Positions 16,548 through 24,130 of a stretch of 25,177 nucleotides of DNA are shown piece after piece. Position 1 is the first letter of the stretch. Each line of letters begins with the position of its first letter. A model generated the notes under the pieces. It was not told the origin of the DNA. It worked only from the letters and a program-made list of their open reading frames with translations, and did no database searches. Both the position numbers and the translations under genes were made by a program. Origin of the DNA: a virus (taxonomy: Duplodnaviria; Caudoviricetes); the IMG/VR virus record IMGVR_UViG_3300032279_000322, positions 1-25,177 of that record, one strand, 5' to 3'.

Positions 16548-16774
16548 CCCATCTCCTTTTCCCAAACAACAAAACATTTATTGCACTGAATGCCAGGTTC
16601 TCTCATATACCATTTATGATCACATTTTGGAGTATATCCCTTACCCATACCTTTACGCTTTAGTTGCTGTCTAAACTTTCCATTTGGGTCATGGATATGA
16701 CAGTACTGTTTAGGATGTGCTACATTTGCAAAACAGGTCTTGCCGTTATTTTTAGTAGCATAACATTTTTTCAT
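16544..16774 (-). CDS. Cys/His-rich zinc-binding protein
   Basis: C.ATK.NG..C.......YC..H and C.H.W.......C.KC. Confidence 0.7.
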   Translation of the reverse strand: MKKCYATKNNGKTCFANVAHPKQYCHIHDPNGKFRQQLKRKGMGKGYTPKCDHKWYMREPGIQCNKCFVVWEKEMG

Positions 16775-16935
16775 TGGCGATGTCTTTTCTTGTTGCCATA
16801 CTTAGCCTTAATATCAGCCTTAGCCTTATCGACCATAGATTTGGTGACACACCAGATATGGCCATCAGGCATGGTTTGATGGGTACACCAGAAGGACTCA
16901 CTGTCTTTATCAATTGTGCAGCAATTAGTATCCAC
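16771..16935 (-). CDS. Small Cys/His-containing hypothetical protein (54 aa)
   Basis: MDTNCCTIDKDSESFWCTHQTMPDGHIWCVTK...; ATGA overlap with 16774, preferred over track ORF 16752-16943. Confidence 0.55.
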   Translation of the reverse strand: MDTNCCTIDKDSESFWCTHQTMPDGHIWCVTKSMVDKAKADIKAKYGNKKRHRQ

Positions 16936-17137
16936 CAAGGCACTCATTTCGTGTATGATATAGCCTGATTTTTGTTAGAATTTTGCGGGATGGACCAGAA
17001 AGATCTTCCTTACAAGTAGAGCAAGTATAAGACCATTCCCCAGTAAACCAATCATGAACATAGCCTTTGGCATTGGCATATTTCTTGGCTACAAAGGTTT
17101 GGAATGGATCAGGGATTTCATATATCTTAGTATTCAA
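16925..17137 (-). CDS. Small zinc-binding hypothetical protein
   Basis: CSTC...H...C; start uncertain. Confidence 0.6.
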   Translation of the reverse strand: MNTKIYEIPDPFQTFVAKKYANAKGYVHDWFTGEWSYTCSTCKEDLSGPSRKILTKIRLYHTRNECLGGY

Positions 17138-17264
17138 GACTAACCCAAAACCATAGGAAATCTATATTTGCGCTATATCGATCAATACGAAAGCCTAGCC
17201 CAAATCCTTTTGAATAGCCCACAGTAAGCCAATATTTATCCTTGATGTAGTAGTTTTTAGTCAT
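17127..17264 (-). CDS. Small aromatic-rich hypothetical protein (45 aa)
   Basis: TTGACT-N17-TATACT-6nt-ATG (17271-17299). Confidence 0.6.
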   Translation of the reverse strand: MTKNYYIKDKYWLTVGYSKGFGLGFRIDRYSANIDFLWFWVSLEY

Positions 17265-17971
17265 GTATCCAGTATATCTAATTTTGGCGGGGAAGTCAAG
17301 AAAGACCCAATAACCCCTAGTATAAGATATAAACCCCTATAGCCAGATATGCTTGATATGGGAGATATCTGCTGTATCGTAATGTTTGTATACCGTGGTT
17401 TTTTATCGTTTACTACATGTCAAACAGACAAAAGGCTCATCAGATGATGATACATATAAAACATTACATTGGTTACAGGCTACCTTGTATGGCTCATATG
17501 ACTTGACAAATTTAGTATATGATGATTCTAACTTGTGCATTGGATTATTGTATCATAGAGTTATACACAGGTTTGATAGCCTAAAAATGTTAGTTATCCA
17601 CAGGTTTATCCACAGAAATATGTTACTGATTATGTTGTTTGACATTCTAGAAGTGGAGTGAAGTGGAGGATAGTGGAGTATAGAGCATTTATAAGAAGGG
17701 CGTCGTAATCCCAGGGGCCCCAAACCCCCTATCCCCAAACCTTCCTATCCCTTATACCACATATCCAAACCTTTGTCAACTCTATATGGGCTATGCATTA
17801 TATACCCAAACCCCCTATTTGTCAAACCTTTATAGCCCAAAAACCATATAAAAAAATATCCAAATTTGGGGAAAAATGTTTGATTATCGTAATATTTTAT
17901 TTAAAAAGATATAAAAAATATCCAAAACATCAGAAAAAATTGTTTGGATAAAAGTGTTTGTATATCAGGTA

Positions 17972-18184
17972 TTAGTTATATAGGGAAGAGTGGTTTATCT
18001 TTTGATCCCCGCCTGCTTCGGGATCTTCGATAGTCTTATTAGACATTGCCACGACGGGATCTGGAGAAAAGTATTTACCCAACCCTATAAGAACAGTAAA
18101 GGAAGTAAAGACTTGTTCCAAACCTTTATCTTCTTGTCTTGCCATATTTGGATATAGCATTCTTGACATATGTCTTGGACTCAT
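17972..18184 (-). CDS. Possible small hypothetical protein inside the control region
   Basis: TATAAT(18191-96)-6nt-ATG at 18184. Confidence 0.45.
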   Translation of the reverse strand: MSPRHMSRMLYPNMARQEDKGLEQVFTSFTVLIGLGKYFSPDPVVAMSNKTIEDPEAGGDQKINHSSLYN

Positions 18185-18455
18185 ATTGTTATTATACACC
18201 TATTTGACAAAGAAATGTTTGTATGATATGAGGTTTGGATATATTGTTTGGATACTTGACAAATAAAGGTTTGTCTGGTATAAGGTTTGGTACGGGGAAA
18301 AATTTTTCTTCTTCGTAATCTTTATTTTAAAAAATGAAAGATCCTGGTTTGGGGAAAAGAATTTGATCTTCGTAATCTTTATATAAGAAAATGTGGTTTG
18401 GGTAATATGTCCGATTTGATATGATTTGACGTCCCGTCCAGGCAGCACAAAGCAA

Positions 18456-18470
18456 GGGGCGCAAGGCCCC
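18456..18470 (-). terminator. GC hairpin after the 18484 gene
   Basis: GGGGC-GCAAG-GCCCC followed on the minus strand by TTGCTTTG. Confidence 0.45.
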
Positions 18471-18483
18471 TCGCAATGTTTAA

Positions 18484-18786
18484 TTATTCTGGTTTGTTCT
18501 TCTTTTTATTATAAGCAAACATTAAAACCGAACCAAGGTTAATTTCATCAAGAGCGTCAAAATCCTCTTCTTTGATTTCTAGCAATTCACAAAACATATT
18601 AAATGTTTCATCAACTAATGTTTCGCCTGTTGCTGTAAGTTCTTTAACCAAACCCTCTGCAACCATATATGCCATTGGTAATCCAAGGTCATTGTATTCA
18701 ATAAAATCTGTGAAATCTTGATCTGCTCTGAACTCGATCCAGAGTGTTCCTAAGATACCTGTCTTATCTGCAAATGCTACCGCCAT
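18484..18786 (-). CDS. Hypothetical acidic phage protein
   Basis: AGGAGG RBS; F.EYNDLGLP.AY. Confidence 0.75.
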   Translation of the reverse strand: MAVAFADKTGILGTLWIEFRADQDFTDFIEYNDLGLPMAYMVAEGLVKELTATGETLVDETFNMFCELLEIKEEDFDALDEINLGSVLMFAYNKKKNKPE

Positions 18787-19019
18787 CGTGGGCCTCCTGT
18801 TTTCATCTCTTCCATAAGTTTATCATACTCTTCCATTGCCGTCAAGGCAACGACATCAAACCTATGAAAAACAATCATAGGTAGATTTCTAACCAAATAA
18901 TAGCCAACTCTCTCTAGGTCAATTGAGAAGTCTTCCGTGAGTAATTTGGCTATCTGCTCCGCTTTTCTTGATTCTTTATTATGCGAGGGCTTAGCATATA
19001 TACTACTTCGTCTAGACAT
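18777..19019 (-). CDS. Hypothetical phage protein
   Basis: GAGGAG RBS; overlaps the next gene. Confidence 0.75.
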   Translation of the reverse strand: MSRRSSIYAKPSHNKESRKAEQIAKLLTEDFSIDLERVGYYLVRNLPMIVFHRFDVVALTAMEEYDKLMEEMKTGGPRWR

Positions 19020-19112
19020 AGAACTCCTCTCTTATTCATTATACCGCAAAAGAAGGGGAGGGGCAAATATGCAGGACTCACCCCATCCCCCTTAGTCTAA
19101 GGGACCCACTCC

Positions 19113-19460
19113 TTAGACAGTAAGTGGCGAGTAAGCAGCCACAAATTTATCAAAGTCTACCGATACATTATCAGTGACAGTATTAGTAGTGAAGTCGATA
19201 AGTACGGTTTGTTCTCCTAGGTCATAGCCATAATTACTAATAGCATAGATACCAAACCCTGTCTCATCCAAAATGCTATCTTGCATAAGATAACTAATCA
19301 TCATACGGGTTGCATACGATGAATCTTGCCAGCGGGGCCTAGCGTGTTCCAGGGCTGCAGCAATGTCTGTCTCCCAGTTGTCTTGACCCCAGTGGCTATA
19401 GAGTACAACCATAGGCCCTGACTCACTATCTTTAAATACAAAATTAATTCGTGCTCCCAT
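19113..19460 (-). CDS. Hypothetical actinophage-type protein (MGARINF...LYSHWG)
   Basis: TAATG overlap; LY.HW motif. Confidence 0.75.
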   Translation of the reverse strand: MGARINFVFKDSESGPMVVLYSHWGQDNWETDIAAALEHARPRWQDSSYATRMMISYLMQDSILDETGFGIYAISNYGYDLGEQTVLIDFTTNTVTDNVSVDFDKFVAAYSPLTV

Positions 19461-19618
19461 TACTCTTCCTCATTCTTCTCAATTAGAAACGGTACGATTG
19501 ATAGTTGGTTTTCTATCTCATTAAAGATGCTGTCTTCATCTTCATTGTCAGTCTCATACTCAAAGTTCATATAATCGCCTGTTGGTTCAAAGATTACTTC
19601 GATTTCCCATCTTGCCAT
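19460..19618 (-). CDS. Small acidic hypothetical protein (52 aa, MARWEIEVIFEPTGDY...)
   Basis: TAATG overlaps at both ends; not in the ORF track. Confidence 0.7.
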   Translation of the reverse strand: MARWEIEVIFEPTGDYMNFEYETDNEDEDSIFNEIENQLSIVPFLIEKNEEE

Positions 19619-19809
19619 TATTCTTGCTCCTCTTCCTCTTCCTCTTCAACAGATTCTATCTCTAAAGGATACCAGTCATAGGCATATGTTTCAATGTCGT
19701 CTTCGATTTCTAATTGTCTTACTTGATCTTCGGCAGCCATTTCATCCTCTGCCTCAATCTCAAACTCATAGTAAGTCTCTCGTGTTGCTGTTACTGTGTA
19801 CTTAGGCAT
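19618..19809 (-). CDS. Small acidic protein with 'IEAEDE..A' domain (DpnD/PcfM-like)
   Basis: KYTVTATRETYYEFEIEAEDEMAAE; poly-Glu tail. Confidence 0.7.
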   Translation of the reverse strand: MPKYTVTATRETYYEFEIEAEDEMAAEDQVRQLEIEDDIETYAYDWYPLEIESVEEEEEEEQE

Positions 19810-20318
19810 TAGATTTGTACCGTCCGTTCTGTGAATGAGTGAAATACAATCTCATCCTCGTTTTCAATTTCTGTGTTATCTGTCATTTGGGTCTCCAGTC
19901 CTACTAGTTTCATTTCTTCAAGTGTAGCGCATTGTGGACATTTTTGCAAGTCTGCCTCATCAAAGGCATCTCTAATAGTATTATCAGGGTCTTCCAATTC
20001 TTCGTTACAGTTCTCACAGAAAAACCAAGGTAGTGAGACTTGAACTTGAATAGTAGTATTATCAGGGAAAGGAACCTCAGTGATAAAATATCCTATTCGA
20101 TTAACAAATCCCCAGCCAGACCATATGTAAGACCCACCGTCGTCTCCGTCTCCATACATCCAGATACGGTTCTCATCAGTTGCCTTGACAAAATCTACCT
20201 CATCACCATAGGTCTCAAACATCATACCGTCAAAGGAGGCATTTGTATCTATATGATTAAGGATAGGCTTATAGGTCTCAATCCAAGTATCGTAATCCAT
20301 TTCAATAAAGTTACCCAT
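19809..20318 (-). CDS. Hypothetical protein with C-terminal zinc ribbon
   Basis: FETYG.E..FV...IW...DGD.G..I.SG..FVNRIGY.ITE.P, then CENC...CPQC. Confidence 0.75.
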   Translation of the reverse strand: MGNFIEMDYDTWIETYKPILNHIDTNASFDGMMFETYGDEVDFVKATDENRIWMYGDGDDGGSYIWSGWGFVNRIGYFITEVPFPDNTTIQVQVSLPWFFCENCNEELEDPDNTIRDAFDEADLQKCPQCATLEEMKLVGLETQMTDNTEIENEDEIVFHSFTERTVQI

Positions 20319-20589
20319 TGTTCTTTATCCTTTCACTAATAGCAAATGCTAGTTGGTATGTAAGGGCATAGACTTCTACAAGAGCGTCCATTCTTCCTTC
20401 TGCTCGTGTGCGGTCCATAGAAAGCATTGCGTCAGAGTATCCACCCTCACGCTCCTCTTTCTCAATTTCAATGTAGTCATTCTCGGCTTCCAACATTAGG
20501 TTTTTAAGTTCACCGTGTAGGATGTCAGTTCCTGATTCTCCCATATCAATCAGTTTCTGTAGTCTTGGTTCTAGGGTTGTATTCATCAT
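20311..20589 (-). CDS. Hypothetical helical protein
   Basis: Leaderless start behind TGTCAG-N10-TAGAAT. Confidence 0.7.
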   Translation of the reverse strand: MMNTTLEPRLQKLIDMGESGTDILHGELKNLMLEAENDYIEIEKEEREGGYSDAMLSMDRTRAEGRMDALVEVYALTYQLAFAISERIKNNG

Positions 20590-20591
20590 AG

Positions 20592-20747
20592 TTATATTCT
20601 ACCCTCTGCCACTGACAAAAGATGTTTAGTAGCATAGATTTGTCCCTCGATATCTACCACATGGATAGAGGCAGGGTTTTCTTCAAGGTCTTGTTCAAGA
20701 CTAATCAGATGTAGTTTGATGTATTCGATAAATGTGTTTAGGTCCAT
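20592..20747 (-). CDS. Small hypothetical protein (51 aa, MDLNTFIEYIKLHL...)
   Basis: TTGTCA-N17-TATAAT-6nt-ATG; not in the ORF track. Confidence 0.65.
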   Translation of the reverse strand: MDLNTFIEYIKLHLISLEQDLEENPASIHVVDIEGQIYATKHLLSVAEGRI

Positions 20748-20750
20748 ATA

Positions 20751-20972
20751 TTAATTATAAGGGTTGGTGTTGATTTTGACAAGTCTTTGATGTGTGATGT
20801 TCGTCACAGGCTCTTCATGGCGGGAAGCATCAATCCAGCCAATGTTAATTAAATTAGGGGATCCACAAGAGCACCACCCTCTCCAGTCTTTAATATCAAC
20901 TAGAGTAGTGATCTCCATAAGGGCATCACAATCATTGCATAGATAATCATACTTAATCCAGTTATTATCCAT
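20751..20972 (-). CDS. Small zinc-ribbon protein
   Basis: YLCNDC...WCSCGS; start likely the ATG at 20972. Confidence 0.65.
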   Translation of the reverse strand: MDNNWIKYDYLCNDCDALMEITTLVDIKDWRGWCSCGSPNLINIGWIDASRHEEPVTNITHQRLVKINTNPYN

Positions 20973-21141
20973 AGTATGTGTTTTCATCAATATACCCTTC
21001 TGCTAGTAGTCCCTCAAAGAAGTCCCATACTATTAGTAATTGTTTATAGTTTTGCTCATCCCCCTGAGATTTGGCGGTATCAATAGCCCAAGTTAAACTA
21101 TTACCAAAGGCCTGTATATCTTTATAGGTATAGCCTAACAT
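20965..21141 (-). CDS. Small hypothetical protein (58 aa, MLGYTYKDI...DFFEGLLAEGY)
   Basis: TAATG overlap; not in the ORF track. Confidence 0.65.
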   Translation of the reverse strand: MLGYTYKDIQAFGNSLTWAIDTAKSQGDEQNYKQLLIVWDFFEGLLAEGYIDENTYYG

Positions 21142-21293
21142 TATCCTACCTCAATTCCTGCATACTTAGCAATAGTGTTTAGTGTAATGTGTATATGGCA
21201 GTCACAATCAATACCGCCCATATTTTCCTCAAACTCTAGGTGTGAGAAGTTGTCATCGTAGATTTCATTTATTAGGTCATTAATGGTGTTCAT
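21141..21293 (-). CDS. Small hypothetical protein (50 aa, CDCHIH motif)
   Basis: ATGA and TAATG overlaps; not in the ORF track. Confidence 0.65.
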   Translation of the reverse strand: MNTINDLINEIYDDNFSHLEFEENMGGIDCDCHIHITLNTIAKYAGIEVG

Positions 21294-21520
21294 TTTGTGT
21301 GCCACTCTCCTAGTTCAGGTAGGAATACATTTTCCTCTATATCCCATTGAGCGTCATCCCAACTAAGTTCATCAGTCATTATCTTGCCAATCTCATCTAT
21401 GAAGGTTTGCATAACTGCTTCTGCGTGGTGTCTATTCTTAGCCTTGATATTTGTAATAGAGATAGCAAGGTCGCAAGAGTAGTAGTCTTGTAGCATTGGG
21501 TCTGATATTGTTTGTGTCAT
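21290..21520 (-). CDS. Hypothetical protein
   Basis: TTGATT-N17-TACAAT-6nt-ATG. Confidence 0.7.
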   Translation of the reverse strand: MTQTISDPMLQDYYSCDLAISITNIKAKNRHHAEAVMQTFIDEIGKIMTDELSWDDAQWDIEENVFLPELGEWHTK

Positions 21521-21587
21521 AAAATAATTGTAGCAAATCCTGGGAAAAAAATCAAGTCTTCGTAATCAAAAAAGATCAAAAATCTCT

Positions 21588-21603
21588 TGTGATTTGCATC
21601 ACA
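21588..21603. promoter_or_regulatory. CRP/GlxR-type box (further copies at 20793-20808, 22878-22893, 24610-24625)
   Basis: TGTGA-TTTGCA-TCACA, an exact TGTGA-N6-TCACA. Confidence 0.7.
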
Positions 21604-21650
21604 GCCGACGTCCCGAATTTTTATGCATTTGATTGCATATTTATTTATTG

Positions 21651-21724
21651 CGATTCCAACGGGACTTGAACCCGTAGCCTCTACCGTGACAGGGTAGCGA
21701 TCTAACCAATTGATCTATGGAACC
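21651..21724 (-). tRNA. tRNA-Asp(GTC)
   Basis: Acceptor GGTTCCA/TGGAATC, CTACC-CTGTCAC-GGTAG, GGTTCAAGTCC. Confidence 0.93.
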
Positions 21725-21728
21725 AAAT

Positions 21729-21756
21729 GAGCAGTTTTAAATCTTACTCAGGATTT
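21729..21756 (-). ncRNA. H-type pseudoknot element, copy B
   Basis: AAATC-CT-GAGTA-A-GATTT-AAAAC-TGCTC. Confidence 0.65.
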
Positions 21757-21760
21757 TTTG

Positions 21761-22783
21761 TTATGCGAGTTGCATTACATTTTGCACAACTTTTAGCAAA
21801 CGATTTTTTTCTGCATTGATAGCAGGGTCAAAACCACTTGCAGATGCAAGGATTGATTCGTTAGAACCACCACGAGCAGAGCGATACCAGTCAAGGCGTT
21901 CAGTTAGCGCATTGAAAGCACCCCACGCATTACCAGCAATCATACCATTAAATTCACCTGTGTAGATGTCATTGATGATATCAATTTTATTTTCCCACTT
22001 CTTCATTGCACCCTTAGCATCTTTTTCAGGCTTTGGATAAGCAGCGAGAACAATATCATTGAAAGACTTAGCATTGACTTCTTTTTCAATCATAGCCTTA
22101 GCCATAATATCGAATTCGTCCATATAAGCATTAGCAAGACCAAGAGTCTCACGAGCAATTTGGATTTTGCCTTCTGCGGTCTGCGTGTGGCGAATCTTGA
22201 ATGATTGCTTGATATTCTTATTCTTCTTACGACCTACGCCACCAAGAGCAAGGTTAAGAGTGTTAGCACATACAACACGAACGGGTGTAATTGATGCTTG
22301 AATAGCGATTGAGCCATCGTGTGATGTGTTGATGAGCAAATAAGTTTTTACCTTATCTGCAACGCCATTAGGGTCAAGAATTGTCTCACGCTCAAGAGCA
22401 AGAGAGCCAAATACTACACGACCACCCTTGATTGAGCCAGCGGTCTCCCATCGACCACCACCATCAAGAATGTTATCACCGAATGAGAATAAATCTTCAT
22501 TCTGCAATGGGACATAACGCTCACCAACAATTCCAAGAATGTCGGTTTGTGTGTTGTCTGTTGGATTAGTTCGCAAAACATATTGATATGATTTGTCGCT
22601 TGTTAAATGTGTTGGGGTTTCCAAATCTTCAAGGCGAACATTCCACCCATTAAGATTTGCAGCCTCTAACATTTCTGCAGTTGTTTTTTCCTCTGTGAAT
22701 ACGGTTCCAAGACCGTGCCAAGCAGGTTCACGGAATGATGCAAAAGATGCAACGCCGTTTTGTGTTTCTAAATCGTGAGCCAC
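21761..22783 (-). CDS. DUF932 / phage-plasmid TIGR03299-like protein
   Basis: MAH......WHGLGT...L.W.V...LG.VG.RY.PLQN...ETAGS..GGR.V...SHDGS......TPVRVVCANTL...IRHT...W...NA.TE.LD. Confidence 0.9.
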   Translation of the reverse strand: MAHDLETQNGVASFASFREPAWHGLGTVFTEEKTTAEMLEAANLNGWNVRLEDLETPTHLTSDKSYQYVLRTNPTDNTQTDILGIVGERYVPLQNEDLFSFGDNILDGGGRWETAGSIKGGRVVFGSLALERETILDPNGVADKVKTYLLINTSHDGSIAIQASITPVRVVCANTLNLALGGVGRKKNKNIKQSFKIRHTQTAEGKIQIARETLGLANAYMDEFDIMAKAMIEKEVNAKSFNDIVLAAYPKPEKDAKGAMKKWENKIDIINDIYTGEFNGMIAGNAWGAFNALTERLDWYRSARGGSNESILASASGFDPAINAEKNRLLKVVQNVMQLA

Positions 22784-22815
22784 GATATTCCTTCTTTCTG
22801 TTGTGTTGAAATTTA

Positions 22816-22844
22816 AGTATAGCAGGACTGACTGACATATGCAA
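22816..22844 (-). promoter_or_regulatory. Promoter with TGTCAG-N10-TANNNT (five copies in 20596-24486)
   Basis: TTGCAT-a-TGTCAG-N10-TATACT. Confidence 0.7.
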
Positions 22845-22967
22845 ATCGGGATAGTTAGATATGGATAAATTGGACATTGTGGTAAAGATCACACTATCGT
22901 AAAGGCGTGTCGATTTGACAAAGTTATCCACAGGCGGGACGTCAAAATTTTGCAGGGATTTTATAGT

Positions 22968-22998
22968 GAGCAGTTTACGTACAGACATGCTCAGGTCT
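22968..22998 (-). ncRNA. H-type pseudoknot element, copy C
   Basis: AGAC-CT-GAGCA-T-GTCT-GTACGTAAAC-TGCTC. Confidence 0.65.
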
Positions 22999-23016
22999 TT
23001 TATTAGTAGCCCCCTA

Positions 23017-23451
23017 CTAAATATCTACACGGTCAATGCTAGATGATAACCAAGAAATATTATCTGAGTTATATTGCACAGTATCGAAATCAATATCGTG
23101 AATTGCATTCTGTGCGTCTTCTTCTGTACGAGCATTAACAGTCACTGAGTACAGAACTGTAACTTCAACTTCGAATTCTTTCGTTAACTCAAAGCCCATA
23201 ATTTCTGCAATTGCTTCTGCTTGCTCTTCTGTGATATCTTGATTTTCTAATTCACCAAGGGTCCACTCTTGCATTGCCTCAACCATACGATTCTTATCTG
23301 CAGAATCTGCATATGAGCGCTGAGTTACTTTAGAGATGTGCTCCTCTAGTTGAGCAATGCGCTCTTTGTTTTGTGCAAGAGTAGTCTCTAAGAAATCTCT
23401 TGTCATATAGTGATTGTCTGCTGGTATTACTGTTGGATATTGCTGGTCCAC
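23017..23451 (-). CDS. Hypothetical coiled-coil protein with C-terminal 'V.A.TEEDA' domain
   Basis: GTG start with AGAGG RBS and upstream TTGACA/TGTCAG/TACAAT promoter. Confidence 0.75.
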   Translation of the reverse strand: MDQQYPTVIPADNHYMTRDFLETTLAQNKERIAQLEEHISKVTQRSYADSADKNRMVEAMQEWTLGELENQDITEEQAEAIAEIMGFELTKEFEVEVTVLYSVTVNARTEEDAQNAIHDIDFDTVQYNSDNISWLSSSIDRVDI

Positions 23452-23526
23452 GGGGGCCTCTTTCTGTTAGTTGGTTTAAATTAATTGTACTAGGTACCAC
23501 TGACAATTGTCAAGGGCCCTTGCGGG

Positions 23527-23552
23527 GAGCCTTTTTGGATCTTGCTCAGGAT
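23527..23552 (-). ncRNA. H-type pseudoknot element, copy D
   Basis: ATC-CT-GAGCA-A-GAT-CCAAAAA-GGCTC. Confidence 0.55.
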
Positions 23553-23707
23553 GTCTGCTTCTTTAGGCCTGCAGGAGCCTTGCTCTATAGTATTTCTATG
23601 ATCGCCCTAATCAGCCTGGCGAAGGATCCCTAGGGGACGCTTGCTACAAGTAGCGTGGAACACAAGGGATAATGAGTGGGGCTTTTACACCCCACCCAAT
23701 TATCTAG

Positions 23708-24130
23708 TTAGAGATAACGAGCAATAGCGTTGTAAGTGCTTGTGCTTACTGTTTCCTCATCTGTCATTTTGAGAATACGAATTGCGTTAGCAATTTCCTC
23801 TCTCTGCTCACGATAAGTGTGCTGATGGATTTGCTCAAACTCTCTCGTTGGTTCAGTAGGGAAGTTGCCTTCCTTTGTGATAATGTCAAAATCAACATTG
23901 AGAGTGTTGTTCCAGTTGCGATAGTTTGTGCGAAGGTTCTCAGCCTTTGAGAAATTAGCGATAGCCCACTCACCGATTTGCTTTTTCCACGCTTCGTGTG
24001 CCTTGTTATACTTTGCTTCGTTTGCTTCTTGTGATGTGTAGTCAAGTTCTAGTTTAGCGAGTGCGCCCTCTAGTGCCTTGATTACCTTTTCTGTTGCTAT
24101 CTTTACTGAGATTGCTTTCTGTCGTGCCAT
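23708..24130 (-). CDS. Hypothetical helical phage protein
   Basis: AAGGA RBS; TGTCAG-N10-TATACT promoter at 24165-24186. Confidence 0.8.
   Translation of the reverse strand: MARQKAISVKIATEKVIKALEGALAKLELDYTSQEANEAKYNKAHEAWKKQIGEWAIANFSKAENLRTNYRNWNNTLNVDFDIITKEGNFPTEPTREFEQIHQHTYREQREEIANAIRILKMTDEETVSTSTYNAIARYL

Larger units (their letters stand above)
17300..18480. other. Largely non-coding, origin-of-replication-like control region
   Basis: DnaA boxes TTATACACA 17561-69, TTATCCACA 17594-602 and 17606-14; AGTGGAG x3 at 10-bp period (17652-78); AT-rich tract ~17845-17975; mirrored promoter-like repeats. Confidence 0.55.

Noticed and set aside
17640-18420. CRISPR array
   Set aside because: Repeats are 6-11 nt and irregularly spaced, with no 25-45 nt repeat/spacer periodicity and no cas genes.
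17386-18448. Track ORFs 17386-17661, 17553-17738 and 18200-18448
   Set aside because: No start signals, low-complexity translations, and they run through DnaA boxes and repeat/promoter arrays.
21729-21763. Pseudoknot as a stop-codon readthrough or frameshift signal
   Set aside because: Distance from the upstream stop varies (4, 18, ~155 nt, none), and copy B leads into a tRNA rather than a reading frame.
2494-24045. Antisense or alternate-frame ORFs (e.g. 2494-2802, 8628-9071, 16752-16943, 20040-20339, 22728-22988, 23400-23633, 23764-24045)
   Set aside because: Shadows of better-supported genes or of regulatory regions.
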